A stretch of DNA of 64,000 nt from Ginglymostoma cirratum (taxonomy: Eukaryota): NCBI GenBank assembly GCA_024137785.1, contig JAHRHZ010000035.1, positions 27,529,787-27,593,786 of the forward strand. Reading direction: 5' to 3'. Positions within the stretch are counted from its first letter, which is position 1; each line of letters starts with the position of its first letter. The notes below the pieces were generated by a model that made no database searches, was not told where the DNA came from, and saw only the letters and a list, made by a program, of their open reading frames with translations. This document shows positions 11,290 through 26,600 of the stretch, piece after piece. Position numbers and translations under genes: made by a program.

Positions 11290-13380
11290 TGCAATTGGGA
11301 GGGAGGGGGAGTTGCTCTGGGAATGGTCATCAGTGATATCTGAACCCCATAATGTCTCGTGGCATCTGGTCAAACCTGGGAAAGGAAACCTTCTGCTAAT
11401 TACCACTTACCATGCAGTAGAACTGTATTCAATCACAATCTGTAACCAGTGGTATTCTCCACTCTCCGTTATTACCAAGCTGGAAATCAACCCTGATTCA
11501 AAGAAGAGCACATGCCAGGAGCAGCACCAGCATATCTAAAAATGAGGTGTCAACTTGGTGAAACTGCTACAAGACTACTTACAGAACTAAGTGGTCTGAC
11601 AACCAATAGATCTTATCTAAACACTACAGTCCTGCCACATGCAGTCATGAATGTTGGTAGACCATTAAACGACTCATTTGAGGAGAACACAAATATCCCC
11701 ATCCTCAATGATGGTGTCCAGCACATTGCAAAAGACAAGGCTGAAACATTTGTAAGCATCTTCAGCCAGATGTGTTGAGTGGATGATCCATTTCTGCCTT
11801 CCCAAGAGGTCCCCAGCATCACGAATGCCAGTCTTCAGTAATTCAATGTACTCTATGGGATAGCAAGAAATGGCTGAAGGCATTCAATAATGCAAAGACC
11901 ATGGGGTCTGACAACATTCTGGCAATAGTACTGAAGACTTGTGTTCTATAACTAGTTGCACCCCCAGTCAGTTCTACAATTATGACATTGGAATCTAACC
12001 AGCAATGTGGAAAATTGCTTGACTATGTCCTGTCCATAAATGCAGGACAAATCCAGACCAGGCACTTACTGTACTCAGTCTACTCTCAATCATCAGTAAG
12101 TGGTTGAAGGTGTAGCTGACAGTATATCTTTATTGATGCTCAGTTTGGGCTCCACCAGGCCTCTCACTTATCTTATTCCAGCCTTGGTCCAAATACGGAC
12201 AAAAAGCTAAACTCAAGAGGATTAATATATTGCCCTTGGCATGAAGGCAGCATTTGATTGTTTGGGCATCAAGGAGACCGAGCAAAACTGGAAGCCTTGG
12301 AACTGGCAGAAAATTGTTTACTGGTTACAATCTTTCCAAAGGAAAATGGTGGTGGTTGTTGGGAGTCAATCAACTCAGCCACAGGACATCTCTGTAGGAG
12401 CTCCTCAGAGTAATGTCCTGGTCCAACCATCTTCAGCTGTTTTATAAATAATCTTCTCTCCAACATAAGGTCAGAAATTGGAATGTTTACTGATGATTGC
12501 ACAATGTTCAGCAACATTCACGACTCCTCAGATACTGAAGGAGTGTGTATCCAAATGCAGCAAGACTTGGACTACATCCAAGCTTGGACTGTAAGCAGCA
12601 AGTAACATTTACATTACACAAACACTACAAGCAATGACCATTGGTTAGATAAACTAACCAATGATCCTTGACATTCAATGACATTACCATTGCTGAGTCA
12701 TCCACTATCAACATCCTGGGATTTATTATTGACTGAAAACTGAACTGAACCATTCACATAGACACTGTAGTTACAAAAGCACATCAGAGGCTAGGAATTC
12801 TGCAGTGGGTAACTCAACTCCTGACCCCTCAAAGCCTACTTACCATTGACAAAGCACAAGTTAGAAGCATGATAAGTTGCTACCCACTTCCCTGGATAAG
12901 TACAGATCCAACAATACAAGAAGAACAATAACACCCGAGAGAAAGCAGCTAATTTGATTGGCACCCAATCTAACACCTTCAACATGCACTCACTCTATCA
13001 CTGATGCATAGTGGCAGAAATTTGTACTATCTACAAGGTGCACTGCAACAAATCAACAAGGTTCCTTAGATAGCACCCTTCAAACCTGGGCACTGTACAA
13101 GGTCAAGGGCAGCAGATACATGGCAACACCACCACTTACCTCCAAATAGTTTCCCTCCAACCTACAATCCATCCTCACTTGGAACTACACTGCCATTCCT
13201 TCATTGAGGCTGGGTCAAAAATCTCATAACTCCCTCCTTAACAACACTACGCGTGTACCAACACTCCAAGGACTCCAGTGGTCAAGAAGGCAGCAACTCA
13301 CCACCATCTCCAGGGCAAGTGGAGACAGGCATTAAATGCTGGCCTAGCCAGTGGCCCTATATCCTGTGAAGGAATAAAAC
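11290..13380 (+). mobile_element. Decayed CR1/L2-superfamily LINE (ORF2 remnant plus 3' end)
   Basis: Colinear with 34255-37096 but more mutated and internally deleted. RT remnants (KAAFD, QDISVGAPQSNVL) and the same GGCATTAAATGCTGGCC tail are present. Confidence 0.85.
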
Positions 13381-14483
13381 AAAATGAAAACTTTACAATA
13401 GTTATGATAATAGTCACAATTTTATTTCATATTTATATAAGTTACTGTCCAACAGGCTCATATCAGCTCATGACCTAACAGTCTGGGCTATGTCCAAGTA
13501 TGAGTTGTTTCAGGAGACAATTGTCACTTAAATACAATTCCAAACTAAGCATGGTGTCCTAAGCCAATCTTGCATCTTCAAACAAAAGGGTTAAATACAC
13601 CAGCTTTGGACCTGATGAATAATTTCAAGGAAACCAGAGGGTGATGTATGTCCTGAATGTGGGTCAAACACAGAATACCTGCTATTAAGTGAGGATCTAG
13701 TTGGGTAGCCATCAGGTCCTGATCCTGGAGGTCTGACTTGTAGCTTTCTTGCTGGTAGTTGTTTGTTCATCTGTATCAGTGTGCTCCAGCCCTCCCCAAC
13801 AACACCAGTTAGAAAATTTAAGTACTCCTGGGTCTCAGAAAGAACAGGGAAATTTGTTTCCCTGACCTAGCACTTGAGCCAAAACGGAGACACAAAATAT
13901 CTGACTTATCTCATACGTTGACAAATTAAAAAAGCAGTGAAAAAGAAACTCCAGATTAAAGGGTAGTCGGTTTAATCAGAAAACAATATGAAAACAAATT
14001 TTGATTATTCCTATTTCATTGGAAAAAATACAGTGTAATGAGTCATTATAGGCCTTTGAACAGAACAAAATGTTTCTTTTATATTAATTTTGGGTGCATT
14101 ATACTCAAGATGAACTTCTAAGAACTACCTTCCTGAAGCCAATGACTTTATATAAAGAAGGCTGAACAATGCATGTTTTACTACCAAGTCCTAGAAATAG
14201 TTTATGAAAGTATTATTGTTTCACATTTGGTCGCTTTGAATAAAGATTTTTACCAATGTAAAATTTCTTCTGATCAAACTGTGGCCTGAAAGATACAATA
14301 AATTGCAAATAACTTTATCCCACTCTGACTTGTCAGAGATTCTTTTACAGGAGAAAACCAAATACTTGGAGCATTATTAAAAGAACATTTTATGTAAATG
14401 GTTACAATGTTAGCACAATACCAGTAACGTACCACTATTACAGTAAAATAACAAGATGATTTTAGAGTCAAACATGCATCCAT

Positions 14484-14489
14484 TTTATT
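14484..14489 (-). terminator. Candidate C5 polyadenylation signal AATAAA
   Basis: tttatt on the plus strand, 26 nt past the stop codon. Usage is unverified and a more distal site is possible. Confidence 0.35.
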
Positions 14490-14515
14490 TTCATATCTGA
14501 TAACATCCATAGCTG

Positions 14516-14651
14516 TTAACATCCATTTATTAAAAGACTAATTGAAAAATCTTCCATTTGCTGGAGAAAGATTCCACATGCTTCTCCAGAACATTCTTTC
14601 TCAGAAGGCCACATTTCTATCCAGTTGGATGAGTCCAGAGGATATTCATAC
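14516..14651 (-). CDS. C5: C5 last coding exon (41 equivalent), [15 protein letters not shown]...LLINGC*
   Basis: attag|GTATGA... ending in TAA at 14516-14518. YPLD..WIE.WP and the terminal GC are typical of C345C. Confidence 0.96.
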
Positions 14652-17600
14652 CTAATATAAGAAAATACAAAAACTCTGCAATGTTTGAATTGCTTGCAAT
14701 GCAGAACATTACTTATGGCACCAAACAACTACAATGATAACACATTTTCCAAGCTAGAGTTTTGTGAATAATAAAACCGATACGAGGGAAGATGAAACAG
14801 AGAAAGGATGCATATAACAGATGTTAGGTTGATAATACAAGTGAGAAGCAGGCTTTATTTTAGAATTTAGAAGACATATGACAAAAGAAACAGCAGAAAC
14901 AAAGACAATATGACAAGAAGCTGACACCTAATATAAAACAGAAACCAAAAGTCTTCTATGGGCATAGGAATTGTACAGCAATAATAAAAGGAGAGGGGCT
15001 GATTAGCAATTTAAAAGAGATAAAGGCATAGAGCAGACAATGTCGTTGAAGTATTGAATAAGAACTTTCTCTTCTCCCAAGAAAGAAATCACTGCCAAAA
15101 TCATAGTCAAAAATGAGGTTCTTCATTGGTCTTTGCCCTTACCCCTGAGAGTTTTCTGGTAAGGGGAATCTAATTAGGTGGGCAAGTAGCAGGAGGGGAC
15201 CCCTCGGGTTATAAAGGCGATATATTTCCAAGTCAGGATGGTGAGTGACTTGGAGGGGAACTTGGAGGTGGTGGTGTTCCCGTATGTCTGATGCCCTTGT
15301 CCTTCTAGATGGAAGTGGTCGTGGGTTTGGAAGGTGCTGTCTGAGGATCTTTGGTGATTTTCTGCAGTGCATCTTGTAGATAGTACACACAGCTGCTAAT
15401 GAGCATCTGTGGTAGAGGGAGTGAATGCTTGTGGATGTAGTGCCAATCAAGCGGGCTGCTTTGTCCTGGATAGTGTCAAGCTTCTTGAGTGTTGTTGGGA
15501 TGCACTTATCCAGGCAAGTGGGGAGTATTCCATCACACTCCTGACTTGTGCCTTGTAGATGGCAGTCAGGCTTTGAGGAGTCAGGAGGTGAGTTACTCAC
15601 CACAGTATTCGTAGCTTCTGGCCTGGTCTTGTAGTCACTGTGTTAATGTGGTGAGTCCAGTTGAGTTTCTGGTCAATGGTAACCCCCAGGATGTTGATAG
15701 TGGGGGATTCAGTGATGGCAACATCATTGAATGTCAAGTGGTGGTGGTTAGATTGTCTCTTATTGGTGTTGGCCATAGCCTGGCATTTGTGGCGTGAATG
15801 TCACTTGCCAGTTGTCAGCCCAAGCCTGGATATTGTCCAGATCTTGTTGCCTGTGAGCATAGACTGCTTCAGTATCTTGTTACGAGGCCACTGGGGATGG
15901 GTGCTGCCTGAGTCAGTTGGACAGGACCCTGAGAGGAGTAGGTTTATTCGTGATGACGGCAATGGGAAATGTTTCTGCAGGGATGGACCCCTACAGGCTG
16001 CAAAGTAACCAGTCAGGGTACAGTCAGAGGCATACCACATCCTGCTCTCCTTTTTGATTTCCTCTCCAGCCTCCCATGACATGTTTACTTATTAAGGCTC
16101 TGTAAAATCACTGGCACTGGATGAACTAAACACCATGAGACTGGATATTCTTAAAGATGATAAGTCACATGAAACAGATTAGATACAGCCAAGGATGCTG
16201 AGGAAGGATGGACCTTACAGAGACACTAGCCATAATCTTCAAATCTTCCTTAGATACAGAGATTGTGCCAGAGGACTGGAGAACTGCTGGTGTGACACCT
16301 TGTTCAAAAAAGCTACAAAGACCACAACTGTTACAACAACATGTACGTGGGAATAAAAAACTGAGTATAAGCCAATTGTGGTTCATCACAATTTAACATG
16401 CTGCTTTAATTGATCTACTTACAATGTTTCTGCCTATTCTTTATTACTTCAAGGCATAATGGTACTTTAGATAATGTTCAATAATGAAAACAAAATTAAT
16501 TTTTGTGACATATGCTTCATAAGTATGAATGGAATATATGTTAATATGTAACAGATTTTATTATGGAAATCTTTCACATTTTCAACCAACATCTTCAGGA
16601 TGGGAACTCAGTTTTCCAGACTAATTGAAATTTTAAAATTTAACTAGCATGGAACCATGATAAACATAATTTGAAAAAAGGATATATTTTAAATATTGAT
16701 AAAATCAAAGGGAGAAAAATTAGCCATGCTACCACAAAGAAAATAATGCATACACAGTGAAGTGAGCTACGAATATTATGAGAAAAGAAGATGGAACTGA
16801 TCATACCTGATTATAATACTGGACAAGTCATATCCCAGATTGAAATCTAGCCTGCTAGATCATATACATTTTTTTCTATTTGTTAGTAAAGTACCATGGT
16901 GGTTAGTCACTGAACAATATACACACAAGGCTGAAGATGTTCTTTAACAGTAGAATTGAAGGTTATTTCACAAAAGACGACATTTTAAAAATATTAAATA
17001 TAGAAGGCATTAGAATGCTCTAGCAACGTTGCATACAACAAAGTCCAATCTGTTTCCCAATGCTAAACATTACATGGACTAGAGTCCAGAGAAATTATTA
17101 CCCTTTTTTGGGTTCTACTTAACTGGATCTTTCCAGGTTCTGTCCAGTGGTCTGTGGAAGCAGCTCAATGAGTTCTTTCTAAATAAGCTAACATGTATTG
17201 TTTCACAAGCCTAAGAACCTAAACTTTTTCAGTTCTAATAGCCTGCAGATTTCTAACCAATTTCACCAGGTTTGGAAATCTCACAAACTGAACTCTTCCA
17301 CTGAGGTAACTTGTTACCTGAAATGTCCTGAATTTTTTTTTAAGGAGAGAAATTAAAAACTTATTTCTAAACTTAACATGAGTGTCTTCTGAACTAAATT
17401 TTTTTAAAAAACCTGCTCATCCTGGATTGTTCTCAATTGAAAGCATAGCTGATGGCCTTAATTGTTTACCTGTTGTAAACCTAACAACCAAAACATTTCA
17501 TCCATTAACACCACAGGGCCATAACATTACATTTAAATCATTGTTGCAGAGGACTTTCTGACCTTATATATTTCTTAAAAGAAAATTGTTCACAGACATA

Positions 17601-20600
17601 ACCAATACCTACCTGTATGTATTTGGAAAAACAAATTCCAAAAATGATGCAAAAGTTATGCCCTTCATCATAGAATACATTAGGAAATAATGATCAAGTG
17701 ATCCAAACTGTGGCTTACTTACATAAATGTGCTTGATGGCCTTAATCTCAGGCTATTTTTTCCCATTATTAAGTACGTCTGTTCATTATTCAAGGTAACA
17801 TCAGAACAAGTGTCTTTCTTGATCAAAGTTACAACTGAATTTTCTTCAACAGCATCAACTATAACAAGAGCCACTGTTTTAGTTAGATATCACAGTACTT
17901 GGAATCAAAGCCTTAGTATTTACACAAATGCAAGAAAATTTAAGTCAGCTTTAAGTGCTTATAAAATATTCCTTTATTCTTTATCCTTAACTATAATCTT
18001 AATAATCTCTAGGATGTATACATATGTTTCTTGATTGGACTTATTTTTTAAAAATCTACTTTGATTTTAGAATACTGAAGAAAAAACAAAAAGAATCACA
18101 TAACATGATTGTGGGTACCACTCAAATTCACAATTGCCTGGTAGATGCTTGTCACACACGCTTTCTTGCCTGATAGTCATCACTTAGAGCTGAAATGAAT
18201 TCAATTGAACTTAGCTGTAATGACTTTGTGGATAGAGCAGTCATGGTTGTGTGCTCAAATATTCAACAAACTGGTAAGTGGGGAATGAAATATATAATTC
18301 CACATGGATAGCTGTCAATTTCTAAAGGAGAGAAGTCAGATATGATGATCCTTTGATTTCACAAGTATACCGGTTGGTTTGGAAGAAGTAATATTCAATT
18401 TGAAATGTTAACTCAAGTTCGCTCTCCACAGATGCTGTCAGACCTGCTGAGTTCTTTTCCAGTACTTTCTGTTGTTATTTCACATTTTCAACATACTGGG
18501 GTATTAAGATGTTGGAGGAAGGTTGAAAAGGTTAGGCCTATAGCCATTGGAGTTTAGAAGAAAGAGAGGCGATCTTATTGAAACATATAACATCTTGAGG
18601 AGAAAAGAGTTAACATTTTGAGTCCAGTGACCCTGCATCAAAACTTCTGGTGAAGAGTCACTGGACTCAAAACATTAATTCTGTTTTCTCCCTGCAGATG
18701 CTGTCAGACCTGCTGCGTTTCTCCTGCAATTTCTGTTTTTGTTTCAGATCTCCAGCATCCACAGTTCTTTGTTTAAGATCTTGAGGGGACTGGACAGGGT
18801 AACTACCAGCAGGATGTTTCCTCATATGGAGGAAATTAAAACTAGAGGACTGAATTTGAGAATAAGACTATCAAAGAGAAACTTTTTTCCTTCAAGGGTC
18901 ATTAGAGTGTAGAATTCTCTTCCCCAAAACAATAGTGGATGTCGGGTCTTTCAATTGATTCAGATTCAGTTAGACGGATATTTGATTTAGGAGTCAAAAG
19001 TAAAAAAATGCAGACAGAAAAATGGATCTACATCACAATGGTGTGGAATATTGTACAAAGAGCAACACACGTCCATTTCACCGGACACCATTCAGAAACT
19101 TGATTTTTCCTCACCGTCATCTGAAGACACTAAGCACAACTGTACCATCCACACCTTTGCCCTATTGAAATCAGAATACATTAGTTTCCTTTATGGGCCA
19201 GGCAAACCACTTAGACACTTTTGGTTGTTGAGTGAAGGCCATGTGAACATACAAATCAAATGGTTTTCAGAAAAAAAACTAACCTGTCATAAATATTTCC
19301 ACAATTGTGGCGTTGTACTTGATGAAATTAAACTGTTCCTCAGAAGACAAAATTTGCACTTTGTAAGCTAGATAAAATAAAACTAAATTCAATATTTTTA
19401 AATAATCATACATTCTTGAGAAAATAAAACAAGTTGGAACCAAGTTCTTGCACTTGTAGAACTTAAGTTTAAATCTATATAAATCAAGACAGTTGAAGTT
19501 GTCTCATCCAGGACCATTGATGAATGGATGTTGTTATGTTGAGAGCTTAAGGAACAAATTCTTTTGATCAGTTGCTCCAAAACTAAAACCAAACACTAGC
19601 TGTAAAAGTATATTTACAGTGGTCATTACATCAAGTTACCTCTGTAATAAATCATGGCAGAATTGGACTTTTCTTGCACTTTTAAAACCTTAATTAAGCT
19701 TGAGAAGAAATTTCTAGCAGCAGAGATATGCAATTTTATAATCATGTTTGATAGTGACATTGCATTGTATGTTCACCCAAATACAACCTGGATGAAATTA
19801 AGACTCTAATTAACATAAATTAGGACAGGATAAATCCATTCACAAGAGGATTTAGCTGCAGAGAACGATACCGCTATGCTGCTATATTATGTTCTTGTGT
19901 TGAGGAAGTAGGGACTATTTTGCATTAGCAATTTTTCTGGCAGTAGTAATATGAGGAGAGTACTGCATTCCATCTCGTCACTGCCATGTTCAATGAGAGT
20001 TTTTAAAGTTGTGACTTTACTACAAACTAATAATACAAAAAAAAAGGAAACTACAAATTCCTGCCATAATGAATAGAGTTAGCAATGAAGTATAACAAAA
20101 AAAAAGAGTAAACCTCAATAACTCATGTTTACGCCAAATGACTTGGAGAATTTAAAAATGTTCTGATTGTTGAGTTGTAGCTTTGTAACATATGAGCTTA
20201 AGTAATTGATTTTTTTGATCTATAAGACCAGATAATCAAAGTTTCAAAATACTTACCATAAACTGGCCCTCTACTGCAGGCAGCTTCACGTTTATTCTGG
20301 GCATCAAGAGTTATGTCTAACAGTGGCTGTATTTCACTGCACTCAGCTGAGTCACAAATAAAGAATGAGAAAAACAAACCTCATATTGAAAACAGACTAA
20401 AGAAATTTGATATAAAACATTAGACCCATTTTATTTACAATAGTTAGTAAAAAAAAAAGTAGCTTTTACCCAGAATACATTTCAATCAATAATTCTAAGT
20501 AAATATCTGTTCTCTTATTTTAAATAAAAATTGTTAAATTATATTAATTATCCAAAATCTTAATTTACATTGCAGTCTTATCATAGGTCACAAACAGAAT

Positions 20601-23600
20601 TAGTTTGCAGAAAATGATGAAAAATAAATAACCAGAAATGTAACTTATGTGAATAGGAAGTGGAATTGGAATAAATACTGAATTTCCCTCATATTAGGGT
20701 GCAATGAGTTTTTCTATAGTGTTCTTTGTTTACATATTGTTTCCTGGATGATACCTGTACATACAATTTGGCAACCAAATTAGATTTTCCTTTTACCTTT
20801 CATACATTTGCATTCATCTCCACTGCAGAGCTTTAAAAGCTTATTTTCTCCGGTTGGGTTGTAAAAGATAGTGCATCTTCTGTCTACCAGAATAAAAAAA
20901 AAATGGCAATTCACATCTAGTACTGTTTTAGTGATATTCAAATTAATCCTACCTTTATTGAACATGGGAATCTATGTATTTATACCATGATCAACGATTG
21001 GGAAGTTTTATGCCACAGTAATAGGGTTAGAGATGTTGAAGGTAATTAGAATATGCAATTAAGGGTTTCACAACTCAGTTAATTTCAGAGTAGTAGCTGA
21101 TTTTGTTTTAAATTCCTGTTGAAATTATGAAATCGCATGGCAACATTTTGGCTATGAAACCTTTATCTAGTCATCATAAAAGGTGCTACAAAATTCACCC
21201 AAAAACTAAAGCATCCAGGATTGTCTGAAAAGTACATTATAAATCTTGATTAATCATGCATCTCCACGTGCGATAAATTCAACCAAGAAACACCCCCAAA
21301 TAGAAGAGGCATTAAAATGCTCTATGCCAATACCATTCTTGTGGCATTTGTCTGAAACTTACATTTGCACTCTCTCTAAAAAAATTCACCCAACAAAGGT
21401 AAAGTTCAGTTAGTGTAGCTGATGGCATATTTGTAAAGAATATGCAAACAGGATTGCAAATACAGTGGACAGACTTTTTTGTTTCGAAATGGTCCTTCTA
21501 TGTGATCATGCAAAATGGTCACATACGTGCCAGCAGATTCTTTAGGCCCTTAACATAAGAACAAAGAATTGCAAATGCTGGAAATTGCTGGAGAAACTCT
21601 GCAGATTTGGCAACATCTATAGAGAGAAAGCAGAGTCAATAACCCAAGAAGGGTCCTGAAGAAGGACCCATAATACTGGCTTTGTTTACTCTCTGCAAGT
21701 GCTGCCAGACATGCTGAGTTTCTCCAAAAAAATCTGTTTATCCTTTAGGCTCTTAATATGCTTTTTTTGATCCCTTTGAATTAATTGTGTGACTGTCTCA
21801 ACAGGAACATTCCTAATGATGTTATAATCCTCGAAAATAAACCAATTTTTTTGCAAGATGCTTCCAGATCTGTCCAGATACCGGATAAGGTGATTCAATA
21901 CTGCGGTAGTGTATTTTGTGATGAATATCTTTGCGGCATGAAACTCATTATATCAATTTTCAACTCATTAATCATGCCATGAACAGGGCTGCAAAAGGGA
22001 ACCACTTTTAGCTGTACAGTAAATATGAATGGATGATCAATTGCCTTAAAATGACTTACAGAATGCAGTGCTGGCTGTCACAAGCAAACTAATTTACCAT
22101 GAGAAAAATAGGGCCAAAGAGGTGCATTCTATAATCTCATGGACTTGCGCAAACCCTGCTGCTCTGTAAAATTGTGTAAAACCTCCAGTTCCTTGTCAAG
22201 CAGTGGTAAAACTGTTTGACCAAATGGTTAAAACATCAGTAATTTGTTTACTGCTTAATGACAGCTGATTGATTTAAATTATGTTCCCATTAGGAGCCTT
22301 AAATGAACCTGAAAAAAGTTTATTGGCGACTCTCATCTTGATAGTCACTGATAGAGCTATTCCTGTGAAATACCATATCTAAAGGTTCTTGTGGTGCAGT
22401 GGTATGTCCCTACCTCTGAACCAGGAGGCCCAGTTTCAAATCTCATCTGTTCCAGAAATGTATAATAACATTTCTGAACAAGTTGATTAGGATAATTTGT
22501 GAAAGTCTATGCCTGCTGGCTATTTTGGAACATATAGTACAGCTTCCCATGTAAATCACAAGCTTTGTGGAATGCGCATCTATGTAAACAGATGCAAACT
22601 GTCTGTCCGGCAGGCCTTTGGTGACCGAGCTTTCTCCAATAAAATTCAGTACAGGAGAATCCCATGGATAAACTTACCATATTGTGATCAGATATAAAAG
22701 ATACATTTTTGTTTACTATACCCCAAGTATTAAAATGGGTAGATATTTGAAACAACCTATGTTAGCAACAATAGGAACTTGCAAACTAGTGGGTGTTTTT
22801 AGCACCTGCATTAAATAATCACAACTCTAGTACATGATGCATAATAGGAAAATCATCTGTAAATACAGATCGCTGTAATGTTTTCTTAACAGTTTCTCCC
22901 GTTTTATACCCATTTATGGGTATCACGATTTTAAAATGGTTGTCAGATCTTTTATTTGTTAAGGACAACTGAATAGCTAAGGCTTACCTGGTGAATGGTA
23001 GTCATAGACTGTGAAAGGAACTGCAGTTACCATTCCAACTTTCATCATTTCATAAACACGGAATCCAACGCAGAATAAATCGTCTGATGGAATCTGAAAT
23101 AAAAAGCAAACAATGCAAACTTTCACATTTTCAGAAGTCAGTGACAATGAAATATATATTGGATGGTAGCATAAAACATTAAGAATCAGATACCTGCTTT
23201 ACACAAAATTTGACTTACACTCATTGATAGAAAATAGGAAGTAAGAGGGTCAAAGTACAGAAACGATCTCTTACATCATTATTTGATGAAGCTGAATTAA
23301 ACCTAAGTTAAAATAAAAGTTCTGTTTTTCTGAGCTTCAGGTTAACACTTTGTTCAGATAATGTAGAGGGAGTTCCCATTGCATTGGATCTGAATTTCAC
23401 ATGACATAGTAACAAAGTACTAGAAAAGAGCAACATTTGGTTGGGATGACATCTGACGGGATGTTCACTTAGAAATGAGCTAATGAGAATTATTTTAACT
23501 TAGCAAGTTGAACATTTTTGGGGTGCTCTACCCTAGAAACCTTTGAAAACTCAGTGAATGACTATCTTCAAAACTGAGACTGTTGGATTTTTGGTCACTA

Positions 23601-26600
23601 ATAAAATGAAGGGAAATGGTGATAAGGAGGAAAACTAGAGTTGTCGTAGAAATTCAGCCATAATGTTATTGAGTATTGAGTAGGCATAAGGTATCTATTT
23701 ATGTTTCTACTCCTTTTGCTCTTATCTGGAAATGTAAACCTACTATTATTTTTTAGTTGATGACTCCTGCATTAAAGCTAATTAGTTGAAGGAGAGGGTT
23801 GCAAAAGACTATAAGACATAGGAGCATCGTTGGGCCATTGGCCATTCAATCATGGCTGATATGTTTCTCAACCTCATTCTCATGCCTTCTCCCTGCAACC
23901 CGTGATCCCCCTACCAATCAAGAACCTATCTATCTCTGTCTAAAATACATAATGTCTGAGCCTCCACAACCCTCTGTGGCAATGAGTTCCACAGATTCAC
24001 CACCCTCTAGCTGAAGAAATTCCTTCTCATCTAAAGGGTCGTCCCTCCACACTGAGGCTGTGTCCTCAGGTTCTAGTCTATCCTACTAGTGGAAACATCT
24101 TGTCCATATCCATTTTATCAAGACTTCACAGTATCCTGTATGTGCATTTTCAGGTTGCCACATTTACACTTTGCTTTCTTAACATATTTGACCCGAACAC
24201 ATGACATTTGTAGCAATCACTGGAAAGAGAACATTCAATTTCTCCCAGTGATAGTCCCTTACTTAATCTATTGTATCTATGAAAAGATCTCTAACTTTTA
24301 GCACTGAGGAGTGCCTTAAGCACCACCCACTATCATGAAATCTTCAGACTTAATAGGGAACAGCTTAAGACCTTGAAGGAATAAGATGTACCATCAGTTC
24401 TTTTCCTCATTGTCTCTGAAATGATGGCTAACATATTAATGTGCCAACTTGTATATTGTTGCTATCATGCAATAAACTACATACTGTTTGAGAAAAGAGC
24501 CTTTACTTGGTAGGACTACCAATTTTTTTTTCCCTGCCACATTAAGACTCAGCAGGTTTTGTAGATCCTGACTAAGAAGGAGAATTGTGACAGCTAACCT
24601 ATCCAGATGTTTCATACAGTGTAAAGAATAGTGGTGAGGAGTCACCTTCCAAAAAATTCAGCATTAATTTCAAACAAAAGAGGAAGGAAACAAGAAAGGA
24701 ATTTTCAAATTTCTTACTGAATCCACTTGAAGAATTACACTTTTATCTGATACTCTGTAGTCAGAAATCAAACCATCAACTCCATATAATAGCTGAAAAG
24801 AAGTTGGAAACAAAGTTTATTAGAATCATAGAATCCCTACAATGCAGAAAGAGGCCGAAAGGCCTCCAATCCAATCTACACCAACCCTCTGAATAGCATC
24901 TTTCCCAGATCCAGACCCCCAACCTATCTCTATAATTTCACCCTTACATGGCTAATCCACCTAGCCTGCACATCCCTGAATACTACAGGGCAATTTAGCA
25001 TGCCCAATCCACCTAACCTGCACAGCTTTGGATTGTGAGAGGAAACTGGAGCCCCTGGCAGAAACCCATGCAGACATAGGGAGAACATGCAAACTCCATA
25101 CAGACAGTCACCTGAGACTGGAATGGACGTCAGGTCCTTGCTGCTGCGAGGCAGCACTGCTAACCACTGTGCTACCACTCCACCCTTTTAGAATTAAAAT
25201 GAGAATCATTACATTTGTAATTTTTAAATATGAAACAACATATTTACAAGTGCTTAACTATTTTTAAATCATCCTCTTCTGGTATTAATCCAGTGTTCAA
25301 GGTTATTTCCATGACAGAATGTCCTGATTCATATACATATTCTTCAGGCCTTGGTATATATCTAAAAACAAGAATTAAATATAATTTATTAGGCCAATTT
25401 GGCAGTCCAATATTAATCCCTACAGTTTATTTGCAAAAATTTTAGTATTTTCGTAACATTGTGCTAGATTTTCAAGGTACTTCATAAAATATACAATGAA
25501 AGTTCATCATTTTCTCTTCTTTGTGGAATGTGGGTATCACTGGCAAAGCCAGCAATTACCCTTGACTGATTGACTTACTAGAATATTTCAGAGAACAGTC
25601 AAGAATCAGTCATGTTGCAGGGGGTCTGGAGTCACATATAAGCCAGAAACAGGTAATGATGGCACATTTCCTTCCTTCCTTAATCATTATCCTTCAAGGA
25701 TATTAGTGAACCAAATGGATTTTTCATGGTTACCATCACTGAAACTAGCTCTCAATTCCAGATTCGTTAATTGAGTTTAAATTCCACCTGCTGCCTATAA
25801 GTTATAATAGCATTAACTTCAGTTTCTGGGGCAAGTCCAATGATGTTACCATCTTCCTCTAAAACTGATCAATGGTTTTTATACAAATCTACAACCACCT
25901 CTTCCTTTCAGAGGTCTTTACAGAATATGATTTTGCTATGTGATCCCACTGAAAGAATGGGAATAGGTACAAGTTTAACAAATTCACCAGTGTCATATCA
26001 GATAAAGGGCTAGTTTTTATCCGATATAGGATCAAGAACTGAATTGGGCAAGCAGGTAATTTTCCATCTTTCGGCATGGACTTGTTTGCTACCACCATCC
26101 ACCTCTGGGCCATTTTCTCAGGATCGTTCTGCCCACACAGAACAGTTAGCCAATTAACATAAAAGTAAAATACTATGAAATCCAGAAATCTAGAATAAAA
26201 ATAAAAATTGCTGGAAAAACTCAGCAGATATGGTATCATCTGTGGACAGAAACAGAGGTGACATTACAGGTTGATGACTTTTCATTAGAACCCAATTTAG
26301 CATAGAGACTAAGATAAGGTAAAGGCTAATTAAGACAATTATTAGAGGGTGACTGAAATTTTACCCATGGTAATGGAAGACTAATTGCTTAGATGTTACT
26401 TTCAGCAGCAGTCCAGAAGATCCTATGCTTCAGGACTTTAACGTCCTCCCTATCTACCTTTTCTCCAGCCACAGCTTTAGATGTCCCTGTGAAGAGCTTT
26501 CCCTTTGGCAATGGTGACCCAGCAGTTGTGATAATTCTCTAATTCAAATGTCTCACAGGTTGATAACAGAATGTCTTAGCTGGTCAAGTTGGAATGTGAA

